From: Candidatus Omnitrophota bacterium
GTDB taxonomy: Bacteria > Omnitrophota > Gorgyraeia > Zapsychrales > Zapsychraceae
NCBI GenBank assembly: GCA_029261055.1
Contig: JAJDCA010000068.1
Span: forward strand, 5,275-69,274
Length of the DNA stretch: 64,000 nucleotides
Direction: 5' to 3'
This document shows positions 34,501 to 38,582 of the stretch, piece after piece. Every line of letters starts with the position of its first letter. Position 1 is the stretch's first letter. Below the pieces are notes generated by a model. It ran no database searches and was not told the DNA's origin. It was given only the letters and a program-made list of their open reading frames with translations. Both the position numbers and the translations under genes were made by a program.

Positions 34501-35855
34501 GCTTCAAATGCTTCGAGATTATTCTGATCTAACGCCATTAACATCTCTTGTTTTAAGGCATAATATCCCACGATCGATTCTTCCGGTGTTTTTACCTGCT
34601 CTAACATAGCATCGTCCGTTTTCACAATATCCCGTTCGAAATTCTTCAAGACACTTTCCGCTCTCACAAGACCTCGTTCATTGATCGCCTGATAATTGAC
34701 GGCCACCATGGCCTGATCTTCGAAACTTAATTGAGCAAAGTTAGTGATTTTTTGATACGCTTGATCAATCTGGTTTTCAAATTCAAACCCACCGGCAAAG
34801 TATTTGCGGGGAATAATGGTTTCGGTGGCGGCATCGTATTCTTCGCGGATGTAGTCGTAGACGCCTTTTTGGAAGGCTTCGAGGTATTGTTGGTAGATTT
34901 TTTCTTTGTTGATGTCTTCGGACTTGTCGACGCCGGCGGTCTTGCTTTGATTGACATACGCCTGTCCTAATAGTCCGTCTTTGAGTGTTCGTTTGTACCA
35001 CGTGGCGAGAATCATGGCATGGACGATTTGGCGGAGAGGCGCGAAGTGCTGACCTTCGTTAACTTCGCGTTCGATTTCGGGGAGAAGGATTTCACGGATA
35101 ATGGATGTGGTAATATTTGAATTCGTAGGGGCATGATTTATCATGCCCTTGTCTTGGGTTTGATGAATCAAACCCCTACGATCCGCGCCTTCCCTAAACA
35201 AATAATCCTCTTCCAACATCACCTTCAACCGCGACTCCACCACCCACGCGGTGCTTCCTTCTTCGTAAACAATCGCCTTCTCCGGTACGATCCAAACCTT
35301 GTTAAAGGTATTCACCGGGATATCGGTGACACCGTACTCTTCGTACGCCTTTTGATAAATTCGTTCCCAGAATTCTTCCCCCAGATCATCTTCCGGATAC
35401 ATGAGGGTGGATGTCAGTTGTTTGAGCAGATAATCCTGCGCCAGTAAATCCATACCCATTTGTGTTTGCGCTAAATCATCGGCAATAATACGGTCTTTTT
35501 CGTAAGGAGATAAATTGACCCAAAGGTGATCATCGGGAATAGTGAGGGCGGCCAGGAAATATTTGAGCAATTTGCCATATTCTTCTGTCTGGGCTTTCTT
35601 CGCAAGCACATCTTCGCCCTGATCTATCAGAAAATCCATCTGTAACGGATTCTGCAGATCCAGCTCAACCCCCATCAAAAGAGGCGGTGCATAGGCAGAC
35701 GGGCTTAAAGGCACCATCGCCCCAGGCACAGGCATGGCCGGTAATATTTGTGCAAGTCCGCTTAGAGGCATCGTCATAGTAAATATAATGACCATACCTA
35801 CAACTACACAGCGAAACGGCACACCGAATCGTTTTTTATGAATTATTCTTAACAT
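13425..35855 (-). CDS. Giant multidomain protein (~7,480 aa). Order: N-terminal signal/TM segment, HExxH motif, coiled-coil/low-complexity region, vWA domain, P-loop AAA ATPase, then three large mosaic modules of WD40/PD40-like beta-propeller repeats with coiled-coil linkers, then a hydrophobic C-terminal peptide
   Basis: Single uninterrupted 22.4-kb ORF. The ORF begins at a TTG (35873); the first ATG (35855) is preceded by an AGGA RBS. Motifs were read from the translation: HEIGH (aa 635-639), DRSYSMG...ILFILTDED (vWA MIDAS), GGPGGGKST + VLIVEE (Walker A/B), and many (I/F/L)SPDG/FSRDG/FSKDG repeats. Confidence 0.85.
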   Translation of the reverse strand: MLRIIHKKRFGVPFRCVVVGMVIIFTMTMPLSGLAQILPAMPVPGAMVPLSPSAYAPPLLMGVELDLQNPLQMDFLIDQGEDVLAKKAQTEEYGKLLKYFLAALTIPDDHLWVNLSPYEKDRIIADDLAQTQMGMDLLAQDYLLKQLTSTLMYPEDDLGEEFWERIYQKAYEEYGVTDIPVNTFNKVWIVPEKAIVYEEGSTAWVVESRLKVMLEEDYLFREGADRRGLIHQTQDKGMINHAPTNSNITTSIIREILLPEIEREVNEGQHFAPLRQIVHAMILATWYKRTLKDGLLGQAYVNQSKTAGVDKSEDINKEKIYQQYLEAFQKGVYDYIREEYDAATETIIPRKYFAGGFEFENQIDQAYQKITNFAQLSFEDQAMVAVNYQAINERGLVRAESVLKNFERDIVKTDDAMLEQVKTPEESIVGYYALKQEMLMALDQNNLEAFEAAQERRIGVVEPLSQAVKKMSDDNLLRLIKEDVIDRKIADPLLVGMHIPGKGVGLDMNVLKEELRRVGQKEHLFKTQQHIDTIQKEMASALSDNPAEEKAIMKMLDETIKPYNFDSYLPEHFWRESFKDLEGRKKIAAAIVQMPVAFGQSKGAFAPDTGNVLISPIEDELMMRLVLPHEIGHKILKMPPEWEQITFAISVMEYVQHAGKNLKEGEEKLPHDVDKFGEPAVSELYQRGKEMGLSGQTGFMIHPGTSDRRAGYFVMDYLEMEVEKVYEAKGLRKDALNDEYTRKRAMGFLVGGIMMGMSENQKDVNPLRLFKDFLDVLYERYGDPTKDNPQLASELEKIDQEWQEYAKRLAAKQEVEFIPAPYGFWTYKSLDSSVGQMHYVKTDRYPRTYDGENKDDLKGKLQAARDRTLGQVFLAISRVKFGLRGLIDDLNEDIKKHPDALLMWDTLLFPKVSGIGHDVNAENIKHRAFEQKFDGSRKWMSRILQDRYDIGNPLIEEAQYNTYDLHLRYLDSLLYLRYHYKENQQGNMKDPRNKNPQVEDALVRSMGKDVNDDGWIKLMYRPESLKQGDIIRIINEKVGPVYLELYAEAFKEKKRRRLHERKKKEEQDRREEQLKQGIKEIAKEIVRKVYEELTEEERKELDEYGKNLPQEIQKVIEDAVREDMEQGKKSFENLSQPGGGSGSSQKTSAASSGQGSSQGSGQGQVSPGATPKSTDDIENALKDFEQQLNAIASNTNTIAKKLDDIKKKSGDVTPGKMSESDKNTSKKLSKEIQQQAKGIQDKSQDLLNKGRLAAGEGSAQNEKVSQIQQGLPSPELANEAKKLSNGVDKKSQEQLEKLQNLKDKANKLKHIADNLVKQTHAPSPDVPQITDETEKLNKALNNVNKGVDQTQGANRDVLRNLHQLEKSIQGIQQSLSGSKDKGEPGKKENKKGEDNKNNKGGEDGQGKQETSSSQASQDMNKSSGSKSEPAKAGETQKGAKDRSKNYQKMPDTINLPDVKPLGETGKKQEALPPSDIKPIKPKEFDLKAAKLREEAQIEATSGLDKTQHRELQTWYKKQISEGRTLQVEHFRDLDIDGEELIEKMEIEGFLENHQISKNFNEKEFREKFSEYDDKNKTLNKILSIINILKRKPVVTIRTLVKRLTRQFKALLIATTGFKLSQLLDNGAIMTQPLNVFLGAQGYNNPIKKDPLPLDITLLVDRSYSMGEKDRKNSNYLPIEMARIISFVLTDSIFQHYEMRKVIVDDDLGYEVGYFSDDDKDLQLLRETIREPNVKREKVLHGAWTNLEAGGGTHYADNLEKYITSQIAAAERSEKKGVQILFILTDEDVDPNQKSRILGLINKAREHGINVFIIPMGTAKQVEDTKVLHQQPKGQLQRVIEPFPFTGLPSRVGDAIFTAIEKSGFVSDSDWQKYLQLKDASMVVEDSELNTTEEYRHFFNKKVNGQEKLMFQREGVDPLYFPMGPGGMGVPTTVIKDTEANEDKIINILLATHRPDQRSPTDYSTDGKYFIHGIEDGKLEVMEENKEDGYLKFLHAFDSADHMVENQGVYENTQKLQVKLEQSSEKVLLSQENGDFQGLGDLKGLDLTQWYFYEQDSNRILAFNRQEKRVLIIEREKSSWQVLYDLTVSQDSMSDSWEGQTVTLSGGPGLAKTKMPSAAARLINMPTYSETGNEDATDEGLARGTRTLQNGTTGFKPSLLNYVKHVGGWIIENERHKYEPGVWDGIKSHIPAKTHEWKVERDGMVTFETMRDHPMSRIITTENPPWPNITGNWTTNNTAMQERDENILYHWQSTEEEAEWQLADALKFARHVGTYDDRWEEFEQKITQDITDLVRISNELRLTFFGYSPEQQAAIFEDWELLDPRYLATQMRWDSKIRDLFENGPDNSKGERLTRAPDPRLTAFMIQHLIKYEKDWLYRPFTTIKNYFNFHAEIDSNDTYAGNITHFSSWRPDELNVPDLELTKDSFKLSPSGKEIIITPKNTEFWDEIRLPIHSKASFHYAGLPQEIIDWIEFADVAKDVNEVNTYLKANVGKLYLTLQLQALKIKVHFVGGPGGGKSTLAKAIVRLRNKPGEHTIEMTAQTRLDQITFQEGMVGGNSKITINALPLAMEDEHGEGNVLIVEEIAQSRDKVLSALNDVIVYDETPDPTKKDKKRKGADNFGLIALSNTPGSTSGIKGLPADLLARLPAIQFDPLPPHLMFKLLSKVSTKQLDSTGEVVRLNPRLIGMPIPKSEQEVSDVEYETYPDGSVKYDGIIGMAQELNYRQSLDGTTLPKRREISVRVLVKDVKFLVDRFNYLRADGLQKIAKTGTEKSESFKKRAKTKISERIIHEQFMKAFKIEGDFDQTSPVENNILDVAGEKGLFSDDPDVDAISDFLDKESVIIQNLKIEEGKEPDTGHPELDRILQLLWTNTFESQTEQNIENLNEIIAELLSEKSWKELKKFEEQRSRMIMMKKVMDQIDFILNYRSKGETWEQHKEGNKNRMNATKDLIKNLGIQRDWSAAFFDQTMKEIEDSYDPEFTKGLDELDFSMLSIGELIWWIDFQKNDEEAVSKLKKELREKITDLKKDKLEPLEKVQILLSRKTHKDLFKDIFEHVEKKIQELKQSRPVDIERTLKDYEKVESEVKKELIKIRKPSKGVGNIEGLKKELVKEQHISDITLETGVALPDRTREKELEAEIKELELQVQGPNKQEELLTKKLIAVVNGKQALIKEIAAEAEEAKAVEAQKAEALQQGAVDTEGIINYEPLPGEEVIGFLWNGRKVVTQEKEIGASSASRNVRIRDMKNIELVTWNRGHRFDAKVVGVSDDETKILTKDDNGKFVWWDLKGEDESIDLGNYPFAKLLPDGNHVFRTTNSGRYDLFDTIDTTSPTSSSLPNDPMLHPDISPDGTKVIATDEEGMVRVKDIKSGYRFGLETGLKIQVQPTISPDNKRMVILDKDGGVSKLWDVEKEKRVLDLEKNTKAALEPVFSRDSTRVATVSKMGVVRVWDAEKGALIKATKQHKKGVKAVALSHDGRYLAVVDGEGKYWLQDLEKKGNERTELPALDALQKLEKDEVPELEFSRDGEHHVKAHVKGGLNVWPVADFMSSAPAFKPKDAEEVHSYSEDGLRVLTVEKEYAYTKMVKHYRWHVRYVKGGKELRVFEWPKAYVELSPGGTKVLMQHHRDGEIIDVKTGEKISSENVYDRVSHKWLIDDAHPEAGAGQDKNTVQGDIKVLPAKDMKVIQTYTAPDGEEIMQVAWEMDGNGDVPVKRRVVLTEAEADDPNSKVMRVRDIEQEESVDPLREDTVSKEEKSKISKDGNRFLFATPDGVFRENLEGEPRGGVRYEFGKIEQFEDSSDSNKVVVIAENFKGIAYLDGRSKETQEFKVNGEELEGEVESIDISPDSDSSKALVLTKSKALYLFNMETGEGFMLQGDSVSFAKFSRDGQFILTGSEDGRVSIKSPHTGALKIEGLQVSDAVQDIELSFNKKELIVATKGFKARYEWKPDARKWDPLSSVVVEESKFLPDGQIMTAGVLDKGKPALGVISGNGPVHRINDLGKLKNVENMQVKGLNISPDNLEQATTWQEGDQTKHVLIHEIAKDVGGGSAFSGSDLSDKIEAFKKEKKKWAAQKAKYLKQEQSFDEQLALEKKNAELAAANDLKNKVGSGKIVLEALDVYTAPPGETIVDYSPQSGLVLTEDNIVRANGKNHWIVRDVRKGGDEVNSFDLLVTNSAHLSPDGTKVAKEVWKDKPSQRKIELWEVRKIDKGKPLATSKEGEFDDFSFSEDGSRIIMEKNTKDHNDKKTIVWNWAIDDESDLLSLGNAGISVVSKLSDNNRWLFMSLKGKIGIGTLAFRNMDTKSEIQQEHSVSFAKFSRGSKYLMFVQGKNVILRDLNTGINSPPILVSAAGEIVDLELSPNGKTLLTRNKEGKLHVWDVMTGERIMPASPAWINLSITLLNLGAVFLDNEHFFGIGKSNNIGIVNARTGEIYGKLMENKFSQREAKFFPHQNQAVIFNEDRTQLQPFVVRGGGGEVLNSGKKDAAMLSIRDLIGRIAMGQGKKSAVKDLKDQFFKQINKLKEDKLSSLEKVPPLLRNETYKDLFKDMLEHVEKKIQELKQPLSGVIDMTEDDYDGELAADRVELEKVDVMLGQRISGVSNDQEQLRNIIKEKEALIAKQEEKIKKLKEAIKAEEIKDASGNGLTLQNLKNSIKHEIELKEIFEGEINQLRDFLKKQVSSGMQKHERKHLEARRALLTERIDSRVQGKQALVNKKKVAQAKAELEPENAQTTQGSKDEILPVEKIKENIESWGISENESVVEFVELNYSGFWYVVTREDIENNGEKKVVWRVWGEMRNFEGQAMIEGTPKVEETLGQYDGFTLSKEGILMMATSEGVSYKYVNKEEDDWIKINKNLDLVRGIELKKVKKGILVMSKNFQGVVSLNGGKDIPLKDMQGNMKSIEISKDGKLAAFVMFDYNVYLINIENGERIYRSQYSNINFAKFSLDDEVVLIGKIGGGISFRDSHTGEETKDVFNLPGNDSIEYLERSLDKNKLIVKAKFGKITVWKKDAISGEWTLDENYSLENAIRAKFLPDSKHIMFFRDAPEGNATAGLYLTDGLRTYKMDAPLNSDLEILELADIQLIHGQLAQMEIYNHDGRGKYVTIRNIMSKNDTSDVSKVKVLPADQMKVKESYTAPEGEVIVQHAWVEDDTGPEPVTRRVVLTLNKLQVWKVRDIARKNENDENLLRPVMSTGTLQFSKDGKKLFDAEKNGKLFVSSSLIQDDWKEIRKNLGRIHKVEDALDGNKVVIIADNFQGIVHLDGQDEKEFKDALGEEPFAKGGLKVLNVKISSDSQYAAVLTNHDNSYKFDMNTGSHLQYHANVVFSKFTEDGQVSLRGTNNGFVLFEDAKTVDFEDVKTEEKFKSINAGNEPVQDLDVVWDGKIMHKVNVKMDGRWKLWKWDENIKDWIPEENYLHGNQKILPDGKTVMVGENILSGSKRTMPTIGTYEGKSDVGFVDYPFEEEYKKDKDEKREIIQDDIVFSPDNLEQAETYTENGEIKHVFIRQIAESTDDDAPPSDNNLPAQIKALEEEEKQRRLMEIELNARAKGIDAELVKIQKKVDREAPKESAEEETQGDANTLAKIKELEALKVQAAEQNEQDQPDGTPKLSPINPAYEAPPGETIVDYWPESERALTWKEIELADLNTQDIIKAYEWRVRDTKDNKELFPKFDTLEKNVVRLSPDGTKIALKSGSTTNHKVDVWSVEDDTKRTFVNSTEVTGFISSLSFSSDGKEIVIGSRKGPIGSQTEKSIVTTWHWEKSGSPKFSQISQEGKIRYKQLSSDNKTLLTLDESNTQRVWNMEAEIGIELTDFRREGIALARLSSDGNNVISIKKSKSDDGYPVWIRNINGAEPSRFGIWEEAKFTDLSPDEDTLLIIDENGKLVLRDAQTGEKIKQDSKAWEEFKHMVNKFGYFLPDNEHFLSIGSHTPSATTLIIMRNFKTGEVANWSYIKFNPEEIQFYPDRLQVMVRNKEGSKQQVFSVGKIESLNPNDLDQPVKIPEGKDKNFKKMLSLSKQLVQAIKERIGNVKVRAVVGNKPALVEELDQEKEEIDKKITNLEAGLRKLRGVQRRTRADYKKGVSEVDPELEKANKMLGIDESEEDVVDSNISNKDWLRKRILELEGLIAEQQRNVENFETKLAKIATSASLSEIERLEKLREGSRDTKRVFELERKKLEEELRKQDSAMLQKYEREYWEARKDFLTKKKESLVEGERALSKQEESEAAVQAEVDAQKAEGLQKGAIDRRMPVNYTPPEGEEVIAYLWKGRKVVTQEFIAGKPSAGNPNIMDKDTWKVHIRDVESNGELVLLDRLLYSKVRWIEISDDETKMLAGHDFGVMLWNFNDIESSIDLGADNPSQARFSSDSNQVIITYFSQAIEVYDITKKWSDSKLVPVNPILYPDIGAYESKKIVATDMEGGVSVWDVIIEQTVDKIKISLLQLAKLETGLKIEVQPRISPNNKWIVILDKDGGVSKLWDVNNERPLKELEKNTSANVGPVYSLDSTRVATVSKKDGIVRWWYAQTGDFKGEADPFEDGVKALALSSDGIYLAVVDGKGKYWLENMDTKQRIELPAPDALKNVDKDVVPKLEFSTEGPLRVMAHMKSGLTVWPVAKFMSTGQPRAVKVLAAKDMTVIQPYTAPDNEEIVQVAWLMDGSKKGAPPVKRRIVLTREDRQGKPPHWRVRDTAKGADEELLSFPAGVENVVVKLSGDGRILWIGGESSMQWVDVLPDDVGSRPLFTNAIQINPEKSFIVDAPDGEKSVIIADNFQGIVPVDESKEIKEFKVNGKRLEEKVESIDINSDSTKVVLLTEKGKQYLFDMTTGKGKFLSGNASFTRFTKDGEFILTGMESGFVNFHDKDGNVIDNKGFDSGNREVKNLELSQDGKMIIVTTSFNRTVWEDKVGDNDWKKIDILETADGQVAKFLPNSHHIINAGVRVGFIKGDGRGVEEVSNSVHTLIDNSFKKNTKIKAYDLEFSPDRLEAAEMYKDENGKVKYAHIRQIAEPLDGGDDVVDNDRPVKIEALKKETAQWMEIEDEWNQREKEIDGLLAQEKAAFEAKASNQKDAPNTQAGTLKIKELETKIKSKIKERDGYTLTVGELAVVTKKAMANKDIHDWTAELAALKAQGADPIELDKQLEVSKGVDDEISDLSKQWVQAMEERIEKRKTRVAAKDDLTESVKLDQEIATLDQAIATLSEDLRKRREASDSKVVDKENYNTQNQKTSVIDQETAETIVSIKVLKTIKDMVTGKTLDGGTVSIDTRSSMRTLILDSSIGVLKGQLPKDTIMDENIDEQIKILRTMLTDDSKLDKLLESKALKEVGASSVEKDARIAAVQKVLKSLEEKQRIMAEIEGIKKVLQENKDYFKAMPDDGSIKSKDARMEANSSIVDYEATLSRLEEKLKNVDNAMLNQKTKASLGGINLDPQGMDMQIQGQGLELNLDPAMLQQQMRDIQTGNFPGLVPVILNITPAQLPPALLQLTLSKK
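14844..26846. repeat. Three large degenerate tandem modules inside the giant ORF (about 22344-26846, 17784-22346, 14844-17786)
   Basis: Recurrent protein blocks include KDLFKD(I/M)(F/L)EHVEKKIQELKQ, Y(T/E)(A/P)P.GE..., FQGIV.LDG... and (I/F)SPDNLEQA.... Near-identical DNA stretches occur at 26661-26720 vs 22182-22244 and at 25632-25736 vs 16440-16544. Confidence 0.8.
27954..28406 (-). other. AAA+ ATPase domain within the giant protein (Walker A GGPGGGKST at 28299-28325)
   Basis: VHFVGGPGGGKSTLAKAIV ... GNVLIVEEIAQ (Walker B-like). Confidence 0.7.
30384..30896 (-). other. von Willebrand factor A (vWA) domain within the giant protein (MIDAS DxSxS at 30867-30881)
   Basis: LLVDRSYSMGEKD ... ILFILTDEDVDPNQKSRILGLINKAREHGINVFIIPMGT. 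Confidence 0.7.
33957..33971 (-). other. HExxH (HEIGH) zinc-metallopeptidase-like motif in the N-terminal region of the giant protein
   Basis: RC of gtgccctatttcatg gives HEIGH in the context RLVLPHEIGHKIL. Confidence 0.4.
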
Positions 35856-35988
35856 ATTGGTCCTATTTAGCAAATAAAGAAGGATATGTTAAGTGTGCCA
35901 TATTTTTCAGCGCAATGCCAAAAAATGTTTTGGGTAGGATTTTAGAAAGGGAAAAAAAGTGATAGCCACTTTTTTTGTCACTATTTCT

Positions 35989-37209
35989 TTATAAAGCAAG
36001 CCATGGAACGGCATAAATATTTGTCGCAATCGGAAACACTTTTGTTCCTGAATACACAATGATACCTTTTTGTGCTTCCGGGTGGAGTTTTAAGAATTTG
36101 CGCATAGATTTAGTATCCTTAAAAGTAACTTGAGATGATGATTTCACTTCTATTCCCATAATCTTTGTTCCGGAACGGATTACAAAATCAACTTCACTCT
36201 CCCCTTGCCTTGGTTTCCAATAGTAAATTTCAGGCTCAACAGACATCGTGGACACCCATGAGTTGATCTGTTGAAAGATATAATTTTCAAAATACCGCCC
36301 CTTTAAATTTTTATTCTTTAATTCTTTCTCTGATACAATTCCGGCCAAAAAACACGCAGCTCCCGAGTCAAACCAAAAATATTTAGCTTGTTTATAGGCA
36401 CGTTCATTTTTGGTTGTATAACCTCTTAACTCATGCAATAAAGCCGTATCCTGTAATAAACTCATATACCGGCTGACATTTGTACGTGTTTCTGAACATA
36501 ATTTAGATAATTCATTCTGAACGCTTTCCCATCCCGTGGCCTGAGCCAAAGCTTCCATCAGACGGCGAAAATTCTGAGGATGTCTTATTTTCACTAAATC
36601 TTGAATATCCCGGTGGATATAAGTATCAATGTAGCTGCTCCCTCTCTCCCAAGCGACTTTGTCGCTTGAAGCCAACACAACTCCAGGCAAACCTCCCCGC
36701 CAAACAATTGTTGTTAAATTATTAGATGCTTTTACGGATTTTGGTTTAATTTCTTTACCTGCCCAAGCCTGCTCTAGAATTCCTTCGTGTGACAACCCAT
36801 GCAATTCCCTATGACTCAAGCCCGTTAAGTGCAGATATTTGGCTCTGCCCGCTAAAGTTTCCCTTGGGCGTTGGCGTAGTGAAATATTTCCAGATCCAGA
36901 TAAGATAAAACGTCGTCTCCGCTTACTTTTATCAACGAAATACTTAACCGTTAATAATAATTCCGAACATCTTTGGACCTCATCAATAATCGTCGGTTTG
37001 TCTTCCCAAAGAAGTCCTTTAGGGTCTTCTTGAGCCTGTTCCAATACTTCTGGATCATCTAAAGTTAAATATCGCCAGTTTTTTAAAAACCGAGCGTTTT
37101 CCAAAAGAGTACTTTTGCCCACCTGTCGTGGTCCTGTCAAAATGACCACGGGGTGAACCTCAAAAGACGCCTCTATTCTTTGTTCCATCCACCGTTTTAT
37201 ATATTTCAT
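35989..37209 (-). CDS. AAA-family ATPase with a C-terminal DUF4143 domain
   Basis: VVILTGPRQVGKSTLLEN (Walker A) is typical of the AAA/DUF4143 ATP-binding protein family. Likely start MKYIKRW. Confidence 0.7.
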   Translation of the reverse strand: MKYIKRWMEQRIEASFEVHPVVILTGPRQVGKSTLLENARFLKNWRYLTLDDPEVLEQAQEDPKGLLWEDKPTIIDEVQRCSELLLTVKYFVDKSKRRRRFILSGSGNISLRQRPRETLAGRAKYLHLTGLSHRELHGLSHEGILEQAWAGKEIKPKSVKASNNLTTIVWRGGLPGVVLASSDKVAWERGSSYIDTYIHRDIQDLVKIRHPQNFRRLMEALAQATGWESVQNELSKLCSETRTNVSRYMSLLQDTALLHELRGYTTKNERAYKQAKYFWFDSGAACFLAGIVSEKELKNKNLKGRYFENYIFQQINSWVSTMSVEPEIYYWKPRQGESEVDFVIRSGTKIMGIEVKSSSQVTFKDTKSMRKFLKLHPEAQKGIIVYSGTKVFPIATNIYAVPWLAL

Positions 37210-37320
37210 GGCTATTCTCCTTCTGCCAATAAGCATACCACTCAATTATGCACAGATCAACATATATTTGTGCACAAATATACATAATATTTTGCACATA
37301 TTTACATGGTTCAAGAAAAA

Positions 37321-37385
37321 TAGTGACAGGGGTAATTGGGCGAGGTAATGTGGAGGATGACTGGGACAAGGCCGGGGAAACTACA
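37321..37385. repeat. R5: diverged (~75-80% identical) copy of the giant-gene 3' repeat core, immediately 3' of vapC
   Basis: caggggtaattgggcgaggtaatgtggaggatgactgggacaaggccggggaaactacattacagg aligned against 13455-13520. Confidence 0.7.
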
Positions 37386-37796
37386 TTACAGGATTTTTAT
37401 CCCTATTTTCCGACATACGGCATTTAATTTTTTATCGAAAGATGCCATATCTAAATTTTTCCTTAAGGCGAGCTCTATATAAGAAGCATCATAAACTGTT
37501 ATTTTATGCTCTCGACTGATAGCTAAAATATCTTTTGTAATGTTATCGTAACTATTATTTTCCACAAAAAGCGACAAATCTTTTAAACTACTAATAAAAG
37601 AAACAGAATCTGCTTCCTTTATGCGTCCATTTTTCTCTGCAATAAATAACGCATTCGACAATTCATATGGCCATAATGAAGGGACATAGGCATTTTGCTT
37701 AAGAAGCTTGTTCAATAACTCTTGAGATTTTTTAGTGTTTTCGTCTTTAAACACCCAACTTAAAATGACGGAATTATCTACGACAAAATCTTTCAA
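37386..37796 (-). CDS. vapC: PIN-domain toxin (VapC-like)
   Basis: 136 aa: an N-terminal D (VVDNSVIL), a D in VYDASYIELAL, and PIN-like overall size and architecture. Confidence 0.65.
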   Translation of the reverse strand: MKDFVVDNSVILSWVFKDENTKKSQELLNKLLKQNAYVPSLWPYELSNALFIAEKNGRIKEADSVSFISSLKDLSLFVENNSYDNITKDILAISREHKITVYDASYIELALRKNLDMASFDKKLNAVCRKIGIKIL

Positions 37797-38032
37797 TACC
37801 GCCTCCCTTTTTTAATAAGTTTCTGAATTTCCTTTTGAGGCAGCTTATATTTTTGGCGTATTTCTAGAATCCGTGCTATCGCCTCTTCGGCTTTCTTTTG
37901 ATTATTTTCTGGGGGCAATATTCTTGCAACTGGTTTTCCATTTTTTGTAATTAAATACGTTTCTCCGCTAAATGCCTTTTGAACGATTTCTGCAAAATGT
38001 GTTTTTGCTTCGAAAGAGCCTATCTCAACCAT
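37793..38032 (-). CDS. Phd/YefM-type antitoxin
   Basis: MVEIGSFEAKTHFAEIVQKAFSGETYLITKNGKPVARILP matches the Phd/YefM N-terminal pattern. 4-nt overlap with vapC. Confidence 0.6.
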   Translation of the reverse strand: MVEIGSFEAKTHFAEIVQKAFSGETYLITKNGKPVARILPPENNQKKAEEAIARILEIRQKYKLPQKEIQKLIKKGRRY

Positions 38033-38129
38033 AATACCCTCCTTTAAACTAGTCTGTTTAACTAGTTTAAGTTTAACACAAAAAAAACTATCTGGCAAGG
38101 TTCTAAGAAATCCTTACGTATTATCTATT

Positions 38130-38507
38130 TTATTTTTCCCCAACAGGAATTCCTAAAGGTTCAGGGGTTGGTTCCGTTTGGACAGATTTTTCTTCCAAAG
38201 TTTCCGAAACTTCCTGCACAGGGGCTTCCTGGGATGTTGGAACATCGGCTGGAAGGCTGACTTTATTCGACATCAAAGATTCTTCTTTTTTGGATGAAAT
38301 AAAGGCTAGGCTTAGGCAGGTGATAAGAAAAAGGCTAGCAAAAACGGTTGTGGCTTTTACCATAAAATCATTGGTTTTGGCGCCAAGCATGGATTCGGCT
38401 GATGAAAATCCTTCAGTGAGACCGCCCCCGCGGCCGGATTGCATAAGAATGATGACGGCAAGTAATATGCAGACACCAGCATGTAAGATTGTAAAAATAA
38501 TAGTCAT
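38130..38507 (-). CDS. secG: Preprotein translocase subunit SecG
   Basis: MTIIFTILHAGVCILLAVIILMQSGRGGGL... is the SecG signature; 125 aa. Confidence 0.8.
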   Translation of the reverse strand: MTIIFTILHAGVCILLAVIILMQSGRGGGLTEGFSSAESMLGAKTNDFMVKATTVFASLFLITCLSLAFISSKKEESLMSNKVSLPADVPTSQEAPVQEVSETLEEKSVQTEPTPEPLGIPVGEK

Positions 38508-38582
38508 AATTTTTCTCCGATATTATACCAAATCTATTAAATAACCCCCTTTTAATGGTCATTATTTAATGGAATGGTATTA

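Noticed and set aside
14551-35447. Plus-strand ORFs inside the giant gene (e.g. 24244-24807, 23479-23952, 18058-18540, 17215-17643) and the minus-strand ORF 29060-29341
   Set aside because: Antisense or out-of-frame shadows of the 22-kb coding frame, low-complexity and without motifs. The giant frame is the only one with coherent domain content.
13425-35855. Classical polymorphic toxin (Rhs / CdiA-type) with orphan C-terminal toxin-immunity modules
   Set aside because: No YD/Rhs or FHA-type repeats seen. The repeated segment is the extreme 3' end including the stop codon, not a pre-toxin motif. The downstream modules are complete, independently initiated TA pairs rather than toxin-tip fragments.
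37160-37369. 69-aa minus-strand ORF overlapping repeat R5
   Set aside because: Begins at a TTG inside the diverged repeat. Its N-terminus is simply a frame-shifted reading of the repeat. No RBS or motif; likely spurious.
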